A stretch of 64,000 nt of DNA from Podarcis bocagei (lineage: Eukaryota). Positions within the stretch are counted from its first letter, which is position 1, and each line of letters opens with the position of its first letter. Where the stretch lies: the NCBI GenBank assembly GCA_964188305.1, contig OZ076887.1; one strand, 5' to 3'. The position numbers and the translations under genes were made by a program. The notes beneath the pieces are model-generated. The model saw only the letters and a program-made list of their open reading frames with translations, was not told the DNA's origin and searched no databases. This document shows positions 1-10,126 of the stretch, piece by piece.

Positions 1-1020
1 CGCCGTCTCCCCGGACACATCAGAACAGGAACCACATTGGCTTCTCATTCTCTACTGAGCCCAATTCAAGGTGCTGGTGCTTACTTTTAAAGGCCAAAAT
101 AGTTTGGTCTCCAAATATCCAAAGGACAGCCTCCTCTTGTCATCAACCTGTCCATTACATTACGGTTGTCAAAGAAGGTCCATCTCAGTCTTTCCATCAT
201 TAGGAGAAATGTATGATGTATGTACAAAAGAGAGGGCCTTCTCTGAAGTTAGACCCCAACTGTCACGGTCCAGTTCACAGGTGATCGATGTCCCGGCAGG
301 GGACGTCAGGACAGGGGCAAGATGGCGGGGTGGGAACAGGAATGGGAGTCCAGAAGCCAGGAGTCGGGAAGCCAAGAGTCCGAGGGTCAGAGAACTGGGA
401 GTCAAGAAGCCAAGGGTCTGAGGGTCAGGAAGCAAGGAGTCACAAAGTCAAGGGTCCAAGGATCAAGAAGCAAGGAATCACAAAGGCAGGGGCTTGAGGA
501 TCAAGAAGCAAGGAGTCAAGGAACCAAACGCAGCAAGGCAGGGAACGTGTTGCTGTGGCAAAGAGCGGAAGGGAAATGCTGTCCTTATATCCCTTCCCAG
601 CTCTTGCCACCAGGTGCTGTGAGTTACCAATCAGCCTCACCTGTGAGGCCGCGCCTTGCCTCTTCAGAACAAACCTAGGAAGGCCCCAGTCCTGGTCACA
701 GGGCCTGGCTCCTGCACGCACACCTGACACCAACTTTGGAAAGCCTTCTGCAAGGAGCAGCACCTGGTGCTGTCAATGTATTATTTCTGATACAAGCTTG
801 AATTTATTTATTTTTAATTCTTAGACATGTTAAATTATTACATGATCAGCTGGTTGAGGTTTTATTCCTCTCCATTTTTGTATAATGTTTTATAAAGTTT
901 TAATACTGTTTTGAAGATTTTAAATGTCTGTGTCTACCATCCTGAAATTATGTTTCGGATGAAGGAGAGGTTTATATTTATATATATGTCTAAAAGTAAA
1001 CAAACAAATAATAATAAGTA
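1..1020 (+). mobile_element. Degenerate L2-clade LINE 3' end, interrupted by a solo LTR at 261-729
   Basis: Translates in parts to HWLL...QFKVLVLTFK...RAFS, the same L2 ORF2 C-terminal signature as 2625-3050. Homology resumes after 734 (tttggaaagcc, the 'LWNAL' region). Right boundary approximate. Confidence 0.7.
261..729 (-). mobile_element. Solo LTR (Gypsy-like), 469 bp
   Basis: Termini TGTCA...TGACA. Perfect 5-bp TSD CCAAC at 256-260 and 730-734. TATA-like element on the minus strand (ccttatatccc near 583). Internal degenerate tandem repeats (ggagtcaagaagccaagggtc). Confidence 0.85.
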
Positions 1021-1886
1021 TGATGTGATTTATAAAATCCAGGTCTGTAAATTTTCTATATTTTCTATATTACTACAGTAATAGATTTTTTTTTGGGGGG
1101 GGGCTGTATAAATATACACAGTTTTCTGGGGGCTTCCTTGCTTGCTCTTATATGAACATGCCTATGGAAGTAGAAGCTCATAGGATGAGATTAGTGGTGC
1201 CCATTATCACCTTGCACAAGGAAGAAGTTTTAATTGAGAAGATGTCTCTAAATTGTCTATATTTATCTAATTAAGATACTTTTGTAATGAATGAATGAAT
1301 GAATGAATGCTTACTTAGGCTTCTGCTATAGTCAGTGTTTAATAAAAATGCTTACAGGTAATTTATGAATAAAATATGAATAGCATGAATATATGATGGC
1401 AGAGAGCTATTTTCTGCCTGCAGTATCTGAGCAAATCCAGTTCTCACTGAAGTAACCATTTGCAGAATGCGATAAAATGCTCCCAAACACTGACATTTAA
1501 TAAGAACATGTCACTCAAAGATGCACATTCATAAATGTATCAGGGAGCACTCAGGTGCTTACAATTCTAGAAATAATGAACCTGTGCCATTTGCCTTAGC
1601 ACCTGAACTATTATAGTAGCATTAGTCTTGCTCCTGCTTATAAAAAAATCAATTTAAGATGGGGTGGGAAATAATAAGTAACTCAAAATGAGAAGTCAGC
1701 AATTACAGCAAAAGGGGAGGCTGGGCTACTTACCTGATTAAGTGGTACCAGTAACATTTTTCTTTGATGCATCTCAGGGTGGGGGTGGGGGCGGGGGCGG
1801 GGAATTCTGAAACCATGGAGACAGAATGAATGATACCTTGGTCCTAAGCTACAATGTTACAATGCAAAATTAGGGTTGTTGCTTCC

Positions 1887-2460
1887 AGTGGCGTAGCGTG
1901 GGTTGTCAGCACCCGGGGCAAGGCAAGTAATTTGCGCCCCCTAACCCGTGGATTTTAGCACTCGAGTGCGAGCGCGCCCTCGGATTTTTCCGGTAACACT
2001 TGACTTTATAGAATCATAGAATCGTAGAGTCGGAAGGGACCCGATGGTCATCTAGTCCAACCCCCTGTGGTGATGATGATGATGATGATGATACATTTTA
2101 TTTATACCCCGCCCTCCCCAGCCAGAGCCGGGCTCAGGGCGGCTAACACCGGTAAAATTACAATAGAAACATAATGGGGGGAGGGACCAATTTAAAATAC
2201 AGGTTAAAATGCAATTTGAAAAGCAGCCTCATTTTAAAAGTAGACCACAAATCAAAACTGTAAGGGGAGGGAAGACATAAGGGTCCCACTGAGTCCAAAC
2301 CAAAGGCCAGGTGGAACAGCTCTGTCTTGCAGGCCCTGAGGAAAGATGCAGGACCACGCAGCTGTCCCGTGCGGGGATCGAACCTGCAACCTTGACATCC
2401 CTATTTCCATAGGATTCGGGTTTCCGAGTGGCTAGGGAAACCAAGCTGGATGGGGAGGGG
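1887..2460. mobile_element. Composite repeat cluster: hAT-like MITE end, CR1 3' tail (-), (GAT)n, L2-type tail (-), tRNA-derived SINE head (-)
   Basis: CAGTGGCGTAGCGTG TIR-like start at 1887. atagaatcatagaatcgtagagtcggaagggaccc CR1-type tail at ~2008-2067. ggggatcgaacctgcaacctt B-box on the minus strand at ~2373-2393. Confidence 0.6.
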
Positions 2461-2469
2461 AAGCCACAA

Positions 2470-2567
2470 ACATGAGTCTGACCAAACTGCGGGAAGCAGT
2501 GGAAGACAGGAGTGCCTGGCGTGCTCTGGTCCAGGGGGTCATGAAGAGTCAGACACGACTAAATGAC

Positions 2568-2613
<46 letters not shown>
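2470..2613 (+). mobile_element. BovB (RTE) LINE 3' end with (CAA)n tail
   Basis: gaagacaggagtgcctggcgtgctctggtcca...gaagagtcagacacgactaa followed by a (CAA)n run, the canonical BovB 3' end. Confidence 0.85.
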
Positions 2614-2614
<1 letters not shown>

Positions 2615-2624
2615 AATGTATGAA

Positions 2625-3050
2625 GTTACATTGAAAGACCTACATTGGCTCCCTGTACGTTTCTGAGCACAATTCAAAGTGTTGGTGTTGACCTTTAAAG
2701 CCCTAAACGGCCTCGGCCCAGTAGACCTGAAGGAGCGTCTCCACCCCCATCATTCTGCCCGGACACTGAGGTCCAGTGCCGAGGGCCTTCTGGCGGTTCC
2801 CTCCCTGCAAGAAGTGAGGTTACAGGGAAGCAGGCAGAGGGCCTTCTCAGTAGTGGCACCTGCCCTGTGGAACGCCCTCCCACCAGATGTCAAAGAGAAG
2901 AACAACTACCAGACTTTTAGAAGACATCCGAAGGCAGCCCTGTTTAGGGAAGCTTTTAATGTTTGACGTATTAATATTTTTTTGGAAGCTGCCCAGAGTG
3001 GCTGGGGAAGCCCAGCCAGATGGGCAGGGTATAAATAATTTATTTTTATT
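2625..3050 (+). mobile_element. L2-clade LINE 3' end (5'-truncated)
   Basis: LHWLPVRF.AQFKVLVLTFKALNGLGP...RTLRSS...RAFSVVAPALWNALP (ORF 2679-2966) followed by the family 3' UTR. Sister copy at 38474-38775. Confidence 0.88.
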
Positions 3051-3436
3051 TTTATTAGACACCCCCCAAGCCAAGGAGATAAGTAACTCTACAACTTCAG
3101 AAGTCATCTGAAGGGAAGTTTTTTAAAATGTTTCATGTTTTATTATATTTTTATCCAAGGTGACTGGGGCAGATGGGAAGGGTATAAATAATAAAATTAT
3201 TACTATTATTATTATTATTATGGAATAGGGTGTCTCAATTTTCTTTGATGAAATGTTGCAAGGTATTCCGATTAATGCTTTTTATAGGATATTGGACACG
3301 GTGCGAGTTTATGGCTGCCAAGTATTGGCCTGAAAGGAAGCGCAGCCGGCGTCAGGGAACTGCTGGAGGATGGAGCTTGCAAGTGTTAGAATGCAAAACG
3401 GGGACAGGTTCAGGCACGCAAGAAGGTGGGGGAAAG

Positions 3437-3590
3437 GGGAGCCCGGATGGCTCAGTTCAAGAGCACGGCGCTGATAAGGCCAAGGTTGCAGGTTCGATCC
3501 CTTGTAGGGTGGCAGCGGCGTATTACTGCATTGCAGCGGGTGGGACTAGATGACCCTCGGCTCCCTTCCAGCTCGACAGATTCTATGAAA
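3437..3590 (+). mobile_element. tRNA-derived SINE with CR1-like tail
   Basis: A-box-like tggctcagtt and B-box ggttcgatcc. 3' end ggactagatgaccctcggctcccttccagctc...attctatga matches the CR1 tail. Confidence 0.75.
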
Positions 3591-4350
3591 GCGCATGGAG
3601 CGCGGAAGTTGCATTGCAAGTAGTACGCAGGGGGGGGGGGGCGCAAGGGTTGCAGAGAGAGAGGGAGGGAGGGGAGAACTGGCCCTCCGCTGGACAACTG
3701 ACCCGGCCGGGCTCTGTTTCCCAGGGAAGCAGGAAGTTGCAATCCAAAGTTGCAGAAGCGCCCTGCTCCTTCTTCCGCGGAGGGAAACGCTCCTGCGGAG
3801 GCGAGAGGCAGCGAGGAGGCGACGAGGTGAGGCTTTTGTGAGGTAGGGAGAGGAAAGACGGGGGAGGGAACCCAAGGAGGATTTGCACGAGAGGGAATGA
3901 AGGGGAAACGCGCCTCCCACGCGGAGCACTTTTCCCCGGGAAATGCACGGGGTGGGGTCGTGGCTGATCCGTGCTGCGCGCTCGCGTCGTGCGGCCCAAA
4001 GTGCTGCAGGATCGCCAATGCAAGACCCCCTTTTGAAACCTCCCCCTCCCCCAGCTCTGGAAAAAAAGGGGGAAGGGGATGGCGTCAGTGTGCGGAGGCT
4101 GCCCGTGCCCGGCCAGGCGTCGGTGGCGGCGTCAGCGCTGCTGCAGTGGCTGCTCCTCCTGCGAGCAGTGAGTGGAGCGCAGCCGCAGCGGCAGCGGGGG
4201 GCGCGCCCGCGCTAGGGCGCAAGGCTGGCAGTGGCAGCGGCGGCGGGGAGCCCGGCCGAGGAAGGAACTTGTCTCTTCCCTCTGGACTCGCGCCCCCCAC
4301 AGATGTTGCGCCCGGTGCGGCTGGCACCCCTGGCACCCCCCACTCTACGC
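3580..4350 (+). promoter_or_regulatory. CpG island / promoter and first exon(s) of an unidentified large host gene
   Basis: High GC and dense CpG outside any recognisable repeat. ETS-like GGAAGT motifs at ~3604 and ~3732. Consensus splice donors GAG|GTGAGG (GT at 3827) and GCA|GTGAGT (GT at 4168) indicate + strand transcription. Confidence 0.8.
4079..4167 (+). CDS. Candidate first coding exon (MASVCGGCPCPARRRWRRQRCCSGCSSCE-, phase 2); gene not identified
   Basis: ATG in good Kozak context (GGGATGG), open to the donor at 4168, with a stop (TGA 4169-4171) immediately inside the intron. Other frames (e.g. ...ASALLQWLLLLRA) or a non-coding exon cannot be excluded. Confidence 0.4.
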
Positions 4351-5554
4351 CACTGGTTGCTTCCCCTCTTCAGATTAGTGACGTGGTTAGATGTGAACGC
4401 TTTGAAAACAGTATCTGCTTTCAGTAGTTAAGTCTTCTAGTGAAACCAGGCTGCGCAGCAGCTTACATGGGCAAAAGTGTTTGCTGTGTGTACAGCAGCA
4501 AACATGTCAGATGTGGAGGTCATACATGAATGTTTTTAAATGCTCATATACACCCTGGCCCAATCAAGGATCCCAGTGATGGGTATGAAGGAGTTTAAAG
4601 ATGTGTATAGACATACGTGTTGCTCACCACCACAACCCACACCTTTGCTGTGGGAAGTCCTGAAAATCAAGCTGGCATTCATATAGCAAAAACATGTACA
4701 ATGTAAAGCGTGGTTCAATGGGACTTGAAAGTGCTTGCTTTTGGACGGATCATTTCTTTTCTTTGGCAAAGGATGCAGCACTGAGCTCTGCCAGTTGGGC
4801 AAAGTCTACAGTGAATGAAAAGCACTGCTGTTGAGCCTGCTACTTACAGAATATTTAATAAGAAAAGATTAAGGGAAATGTGATAGCGTTTTTTCTAATA
4901 TGTCATAAAATGAGGCCAATGTGACTCTCTGAAAGAAGTAAAACAAAATTGCCCAGATTCAGCAACCTGTTCTGTGCACAGAATTGCTGATCTGCATACG
5001 GAGCTCCCAGTAGCGGTTTCCCAATTTATTGCAACGGGGAAACAGATAACATGCATGCAATCTTTGTGGTTTGCAAATCTACCAGCTCTATTGCAATAAC
5101 AGCAGCAACTTGTTCGTGAAAGAGGGATGTACACATAGCATGTATACAGATATTTGAATCAGGGTACATAGAAGTTGTGATACATAGGGAGCTGGGCCAT
5201 GGCAAACCATATACCACAATGCGGCTTTGCCCCTCAGGTGCCTCTGAACTGCAAAATGTGCTCCACATCGATTCGACAATAATGAAGAAGTAGCCGGAGT
5301 ATGTGTATTTTCTCCTGTCCATCGTTTTACTCCTGAAAATTCCCAAACTGCACAGTCATCTCAAGTTGAAGCCATTTCAAGATGGCAGAAATACCACAAA
5401 ATCAGTGCCGGATTTACATATAAGCTAAACAAGCTATAGCTTAGGGCCTCACTCTCTTGGGGGCCCCAAAAAAATTTAAAGGAAAAAAAAACTGGATGTG
5501 CATTTATTAAAAATATTTACAAGATAAATAAAATAAAATAAAACCTACATACAG

Positions 5555-5937
5555 TGTGAGATTGGGAAACAATGAAAGCATACAGAAAGGACGTGCCTCA
5601 AACTCAGCCTTGAGAGCTAGACATGTATACAAGATAACACAGTCGCGTACGCCAGAAAGGGCGAGCCAAAGGGTGATGCCCACACTGAGAAGGGAGTAAA
5701 TATGAATAGAGTAGATTGAACAATGTATTAGAAATGTGTTAAACTCTGATAGGTAGATTGTAAGCCAAGCCTCCAAAAGAGGGGCGGCAGTAAGGGATAA
5801 AACTACGGTGCTGAAACCAGATCGGGGCTCTTCGTATCCACGGGTACGAGGGGTCCGCTTTTGCAAACGCGCTAATAAAAGGGTTACCCTTATATTGAAG
5901 TCCTTTGTCAGTTTCTATCCACGGACAACTTCTCACA
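5555..5937 (+). repeat. 5' LTR (383 bp)
   Basis: TGTGAGA...TCTCACA terminal inverted repeat. GC box GGGGCGG 5781-5787, TATA-like GATAAA 5796-5801, AATAAA 5874-5879. I see no differences from the 3' LTR by eye. Confidence 0.96.
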
Positions 5938-5942
5938 ACTTT

Positions 5943-5960
5943 TGGCGCCCAACGTGGGGC
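5943..5960 (+). other. Primer binding site, tRNA-Lys1,2
   Basis: TGGCGCCCAACGTGGGGC, an 18-nt match to the Lys1,2 PBS, 5 nt after the LTR end. Confidence 0.92.
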
Positions 5961-6193
5961 CCTCGACGGGCTGCTCGGGGGGATCCCGGAATCCGGGTAG
6001 GCGCCCCTCCGTCTTTTCGGAGTGACCCGAGCCGGAGTCCACCCGTGACGGTTCACGAGGGCTAAAAGACAGGACTTGATATAGGGGGATAGAGAGAGAG
6101 AACTAGGTCTCATTTTTGGCGGTCCGGGACCGCGAGCACCCAGCGGGGACGCCCGCCTGTTCACTAGTTGCGAGAAGCGACGCTGGACTGTAT

Positions 6194-6202
6194 TGGGTGA
6201 GT
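6194..6202 (+). promoter_or_regulatory. Candidate retroviral major splice donor
   Basis: TGG|GTGAGT (GT at 6197) in the leader upstream of gag. Confidence 0.55.
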
Positions 6203-6413
6203 AGACATGAGAACTTTGTAAACTGTGCTGTGGGACGGGGGTGAGAGACTCGTCTCTTGGATGAAAGAGAGGCTCCATACGGACGCGTGAGTGTGGATCA
6301 GGGTTCGGCCCTGACGGGAGGATTAGCTTGCGGTTCCGTCTCTCCCGCGAGGGAAGCAGCCAGGCGATTCCGTGTGATTGTGTGAGTGAGTGAAATTGGA
6401 GACATTGTAAACC

Positions 6414-6653
6414 ATGGGTAAGGGTCAGAGTAAACGACAGAAGGATTCAAATGGGAAGGGTCCAATTGATCCTAATAGTCCATTAGGACAAATACTGATG
6501 CAATGGGATGAGGACTATCCAAGACAATATACAATAGGCTTGTCAAAAGTGACTATGATTAATTTCTGTAGGGTGGTTTGGCCAAAATACCCTATAGGGC
6601 CGGATGGAATGTATAATTGGAACCCTGAGGGGGAGACTAAGGCTGGATCCTGA
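6414..6653 (+). pseudogene. gag: Truncated gag (matrix region only, 79 aa)
   Basis: MGKGQSK myristoylation motif and PIDPNSPLGQIL..W...MINFCRVVWP...W.PEG, typical of class I MA. Viral similarity ends at ~6633 and the frame stops in host-like DNA. Confidence 0.85.
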
Positions 6654-7833
6654 GCTTGATCAGCTCAGTCACATGACCTCAAAACTCGACATAAATGAAG
6701 GTGGCAGAAATACAGGTGGTGTAACTCAAACTGGATGACGTAATTCTAACTCTATTTTAGATACTCTTTTTTCCTCTGCCTGGCTTAGAACAGCTCAGCC
6801 CGTGGTAGCTCCACTGCTGAATGGAATTTGGAGCCAGTTTATTTAACACAGGCTTAACTTATGCTGGGTTCTTCTGCATAGGATTTCTGCCTAAGAGAGA
6901 ATGGATTGCTCAAGGTCACCAAGTGAGATTTGAACCTGAGTCTGGTCAGTTGCAGTCTATAGCCACCTCTAGAGTCACTGCATCATGCTGGCTGTCTAAA
7001 ACTAGTACAGTGGCACCTCGGGTTAGGAACTTAATTCGTTCCAGAGGTCTGTTCTTAACCTGAAGCGTCTGTAACCTGAAGCGTATGTAACCCAAGGTAC
7101 CACTGTATATAAATATTGCCATAGCCTAGAACAGGCATAGTTGAAGAAAACAGAAATTTGATTTCAATAGACTTCATTTGCAAAATGAAGTGTTTGAGAT
7201 CACCACCTGGTGATAAAAGCAACTATGAATGCTGAAACATAGAATTTGTTTTTGTTAGTTCTAATATTATTCATTCTCAGACAACAGAGAATATATGTTC
7301 TATAACTGAGGGAGGATCCAATAATTTGGATATGTTAGGATGCACTTTCTTTCCACCTAGGTTTGCATAGCACAGTTTGTTTAATCACTACATTGAATAA
7401 AGCTGTATTATTCTATATGTTATTTTTGTTTTAGAAAAGTGGAGGCTTTTGTTTTTAACATTATAAATTATCCCTTGCTTCATTACTATTTCCTCAGAGG
7501 TGCAAATATTGAGGGTTTAGTGATCCGCAAATCAATTTATTGATTAAAAAGGCAGATGATTTATCTACTACAAATATTTATTATGTGAGTCGAATATTTA
7601 CTTCCAGAAAAGAAAGAGGAGGCAGTCTTCAAACCTTTTGTCTTTATATGAACTGGAGCTTTAAAACTGCACAGGGACTTGGAATGTTGCGCTAAATCCC
7701 AAAGTGGTACATTAGTCACCAAAGGTCAACAGATGCAGCCAAAGATCCATGAGAAATTAATTTTTCATGTGGCTTGGCAATTTGTCACATGCAAGCACAG
7801 TTCTTTTATACAGCTATGCATTGGAGGGCACAA
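6635..7833. other. Host-like insert A inside the provirus
   Basis: AT-rich, non-coding and non-viral. Contains a MIR-like remnant (ctcaaggtcacc...gagatttgaacctgagtct, ~6909-6943), a Tc1/mariner MITE, AATAAA at 7396 and a pyrimidine-rich CAG at 7811-7813. Confidence 0.8.
7008..7105. mobile_element. Tc1/mariner MITE (internally deleted) within insert A
   Basis: TA|CAGTGGCACCTCGGGTTA ... TAACCCAAGGTACCACTG|TA. Same family as 52928-53169 in the opposite orientation, with several substitutions. Confidence 0.9.
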
Positions 7834-9138
7834 AGAGAGTGAAGGGAATTTTGGAATTGCAACCCCCTAAGAATAAAACAGACGTAAGAAGGATGTTAGG
7901 GTTGCTGGGGTATTGTAGGCTGTGGATAGATCAATGCGCAAAATTGGTTCAGTTCTTGAATCAAAAACTTGTTGGGGACGAAAAGGTAACGTGGAAACAG
8001 GAGGACAAATTAAAATGGGAGGAGATAAAAAGAACACTGATCGGGGCCCCGGTTTTGGCATTGCCCAATCTCCAGCAACCGTTCCACTTATATGTGACGA
8101 TCAGTTCCCAGACGGCTGTGGGGGTTTTGGCCCAAAAGAGAGGAGGGCGATATCAGCCGGTTGCCTACCTCAGTAAAACCTTGGAACCGGTGGTACGAGC
8201 CTGGCCCACTTGTATCCAGGCAGTGGCAGCTGCAGCTGAACTGGTGGTTGAAAGCAGAAAGTTAACTTTTGGAGGGGCCCTGATAGTTCACAGCCCCCAC
8301 CAGATATCCACTGTAATGACTGGGGCGGCCTTCACCTGGATGACAGATGGTCGCTTGGTAAAATATGAAACCATATTATGGACAAGCCCCAACATCACCC
8401 TGGGGACCGACCGAAATTTAAATCCAGCGGAGTTTTTGATCGGGGAAAGAAAAGAGTGGGAGCCGGATGAGCATGATTGTATGAATACTATACAATTAAT
8501 GTCAAAAGTCCGGGAAGATTTGTCAGAGGTGCCATTGGTAGGGGGAGAAAGATGGTACACTGATGGTTCTAGTTATGTTGAAGAGGGAAGGAGAAAGTCA
8601 GGATATGCTATAGTTAAGGAAGATGGGGAAATTCTCGAAAGCGGAGCTTTGCCGGCAACCTGGTCGGCCCAGAAATGTGAGATTATGGCCCTGGCACGGG
8701 CTCTCGAGTTGGCAAGGGGCTTAGAGGTAACCATATGGACAGACTCCCGCTATGCATGGGGGGGTGGTACATACCTTTGGTAGGACTTGGCGGGACCGGG
8801 GATATATTAAGGCGGATGGAAAGCAAATAGAACACATGGCATTACTAGAAAGACTATTAAATGCCCTCACTGGACCAGAAAAGGTCGCAGTGGTTCATGT
8901 TCCAGCCCACACCAGAGGGACGAGCCCCGAAGAAGTAGGAAATAGGTGGGCTGATTTGAGAGCAAAGGAAGCTGCCAGGGGCACCCCTAGAGCCGCACTG
9001 GTACAACAATATAGTTTGAAAGTACCTGTCCTGACCAAAGCAGATACAGAAAACCTGGTCTTTACCCCCCAAGAGATAGATTACATGAAAAAGGAGGGAT
9101 GGGAACAAAGGGACAATAGATGGGAAACCCCAGAAGGA
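7834..9138 (+). pseudogene. pol: pol fragment: RT thumb/connection, RNase H and linker; one +1 frameshift
   Basis: LGLLGYCRLWI, LALP...PFHLYV, PVAYLSKTL, LNPA, WYTDGSS, SAQKCE, WTDSRY, HVPAH, GNRWAD (all four RNase H acidic residues present). The G7 run at 8758-8764 has one G more than YAWGVVH needs. RT YxDD palm and protease are absent. Confidence 0.93.
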
Positions 9139-9253
9139 CCCCCCCCCTTGGGATTACAATACTACAGAGGGAAGGGCGGCCTTAGAGACTTATCACAGAA
9201 ATGTTTTAGAAGGCATGAGACGGGCAGCGGAAAGGCCTACAAATATGGCGAAA
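9137..9253 (+). pseudogene. gag: Out-of-order gag capsid fragment (39 aa)
   Basis: Frame from 9137 reads DPPPWDYNTTEGRAALETYHRNVLEGMRRAAERPTNMAK, matching the gammaretroviral CA segment P.WDYNT.EGR..L..Y......G...A..RPTN.AK. Not in the supplied ORF track. Confidence 0.88.
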
Positions 9254-9960
9254 TTCTCAAAAATGATTTCTTCTCATCTCTGTTCTTGCTAAAAGACTGT
9301 TGCAGCTAGAAGCGAGTGAACTAACTGTTTCTAACATTCATTCATGAAAGTAACAGGACATCAGTTTGTTTTTTTCCCCCCTTGTGCCAGGCGCTTGGAG
9401 GTAGCTTCAGAGCGTTATCTCTTGGCTCCTATTCCAAGAAGGACACTGCTGCATTCAGCCAGCCACCCTGAACCTCACACTTTCTGGATTTACAGTTCAG
9501 CCACATAAACCCAGAAGGCCAAGAGTTACCCACCCCCCTGCCCCAAAGTATTAACCTGGAAAAGTGACTTTCTTAAAAAGCAAGTGAATGCTTTCTGTGA
9601 ACTTTGTCAAGTTTTTCTTTTTAATGTGTAATTTTACTCTGAAAGGAGCTGCGGCATAGGAATTGATACTTTGAGGAATTTGAAACTTTGCCAGAAGCAA
9701 GGAGTGCATTGTTCTTTCTACAGACACTGGCAAATGAACTGAAATTTGCAACATGGCTTAGAGTTCTGAAACTTAGAGCACACAAATAAGACTTTTGAAA
9801 AATCTCGGCTGGCAAAACTTAACCCAAGGAACAGAACTGTTAACCCCTTGCGAAGTTTCTTGCCATGCTGACCCCTTTGAGTTAATATACCTTATGTGCA
9901 AATGTTATCTATCAATTTGTTCTGTGCAATCGCTGCCGTCTTTGTTATCTCTTCTCTTAA
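9254..9960. other. Host-like insert B inside the provirus
   Basis: Non-viral, intron-like composition. Ends in a polypyrimidine tract plus CAG (ttatctcttctcttaacag, AG at 9962-9963). Confidence 0.78.
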
Positions 9961-10121
9961 CAGGTGGACTTCACAGAGCTACCAGAGAGCATGGGTGGAC
10001 TCACTATCACAGGGTCAAGAAAGCCCCGCAGGACTGGAGGGTAACTGTTGACCCCGATAATCCGCTGAAGGTGACGCTTACCAATCAGGGAACCAGGAAC
10101 CAGAAAGAATCCAAACGCTGA
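9961..10121 (+). pseudogene. pol: Integrase remnants: core start fused to C-terminus
   Basis: 9961-9984 reads QVDFTELP (first catalytic D of the IN core). From ~9981 another frame reads TREHGWTHYHRVKKAP..W......NPLKVTL to the stop at 10119-10121. The intervening IN core is deleted. Confidence 0.85.
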
Positions 10122-10126
10122 CCTCG

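Noticed and set aside
169-763. Overlapping repetitive ORFs
   Set aside because: They arise from low-complexity tandem repeats in the solo LTR and show no protein signature.
3437-3515. tRNA gene (and similar A/B-box heads elsewhere)
   Set aside because: No clean cloverleaf, and it continues into LINE-derived tails, so these are SINE heads.
5806-5814. REST/RE1 site in the LTR (minus strand TTCAGCACC)
   Set aside because: Only the left half-site is present; GGACAG does not follow.
5507-5866. Antisense ORFs through the LTRs (also 11223-11666) as an antisense accessory gene
   Set aside because: They start at TTG, resemble nothing I recognise, and recur only because the LTRs are identical.
7767-9309. 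Functional pol gene
   Set aside because: It begins with GTG in host-like DNA, lacks protease, the RT YxDD palm and most of IN, and has a frameshift at 8758-8764 (possibly a homopolymer error).
9390-9480. Captured host coding exon (oncogene-like transduction) in insert B
   Set aside because: An acceptor-like site exists, but all frames stop quickly and none resembles a protein I recognise; it needs BLAST before any claim.
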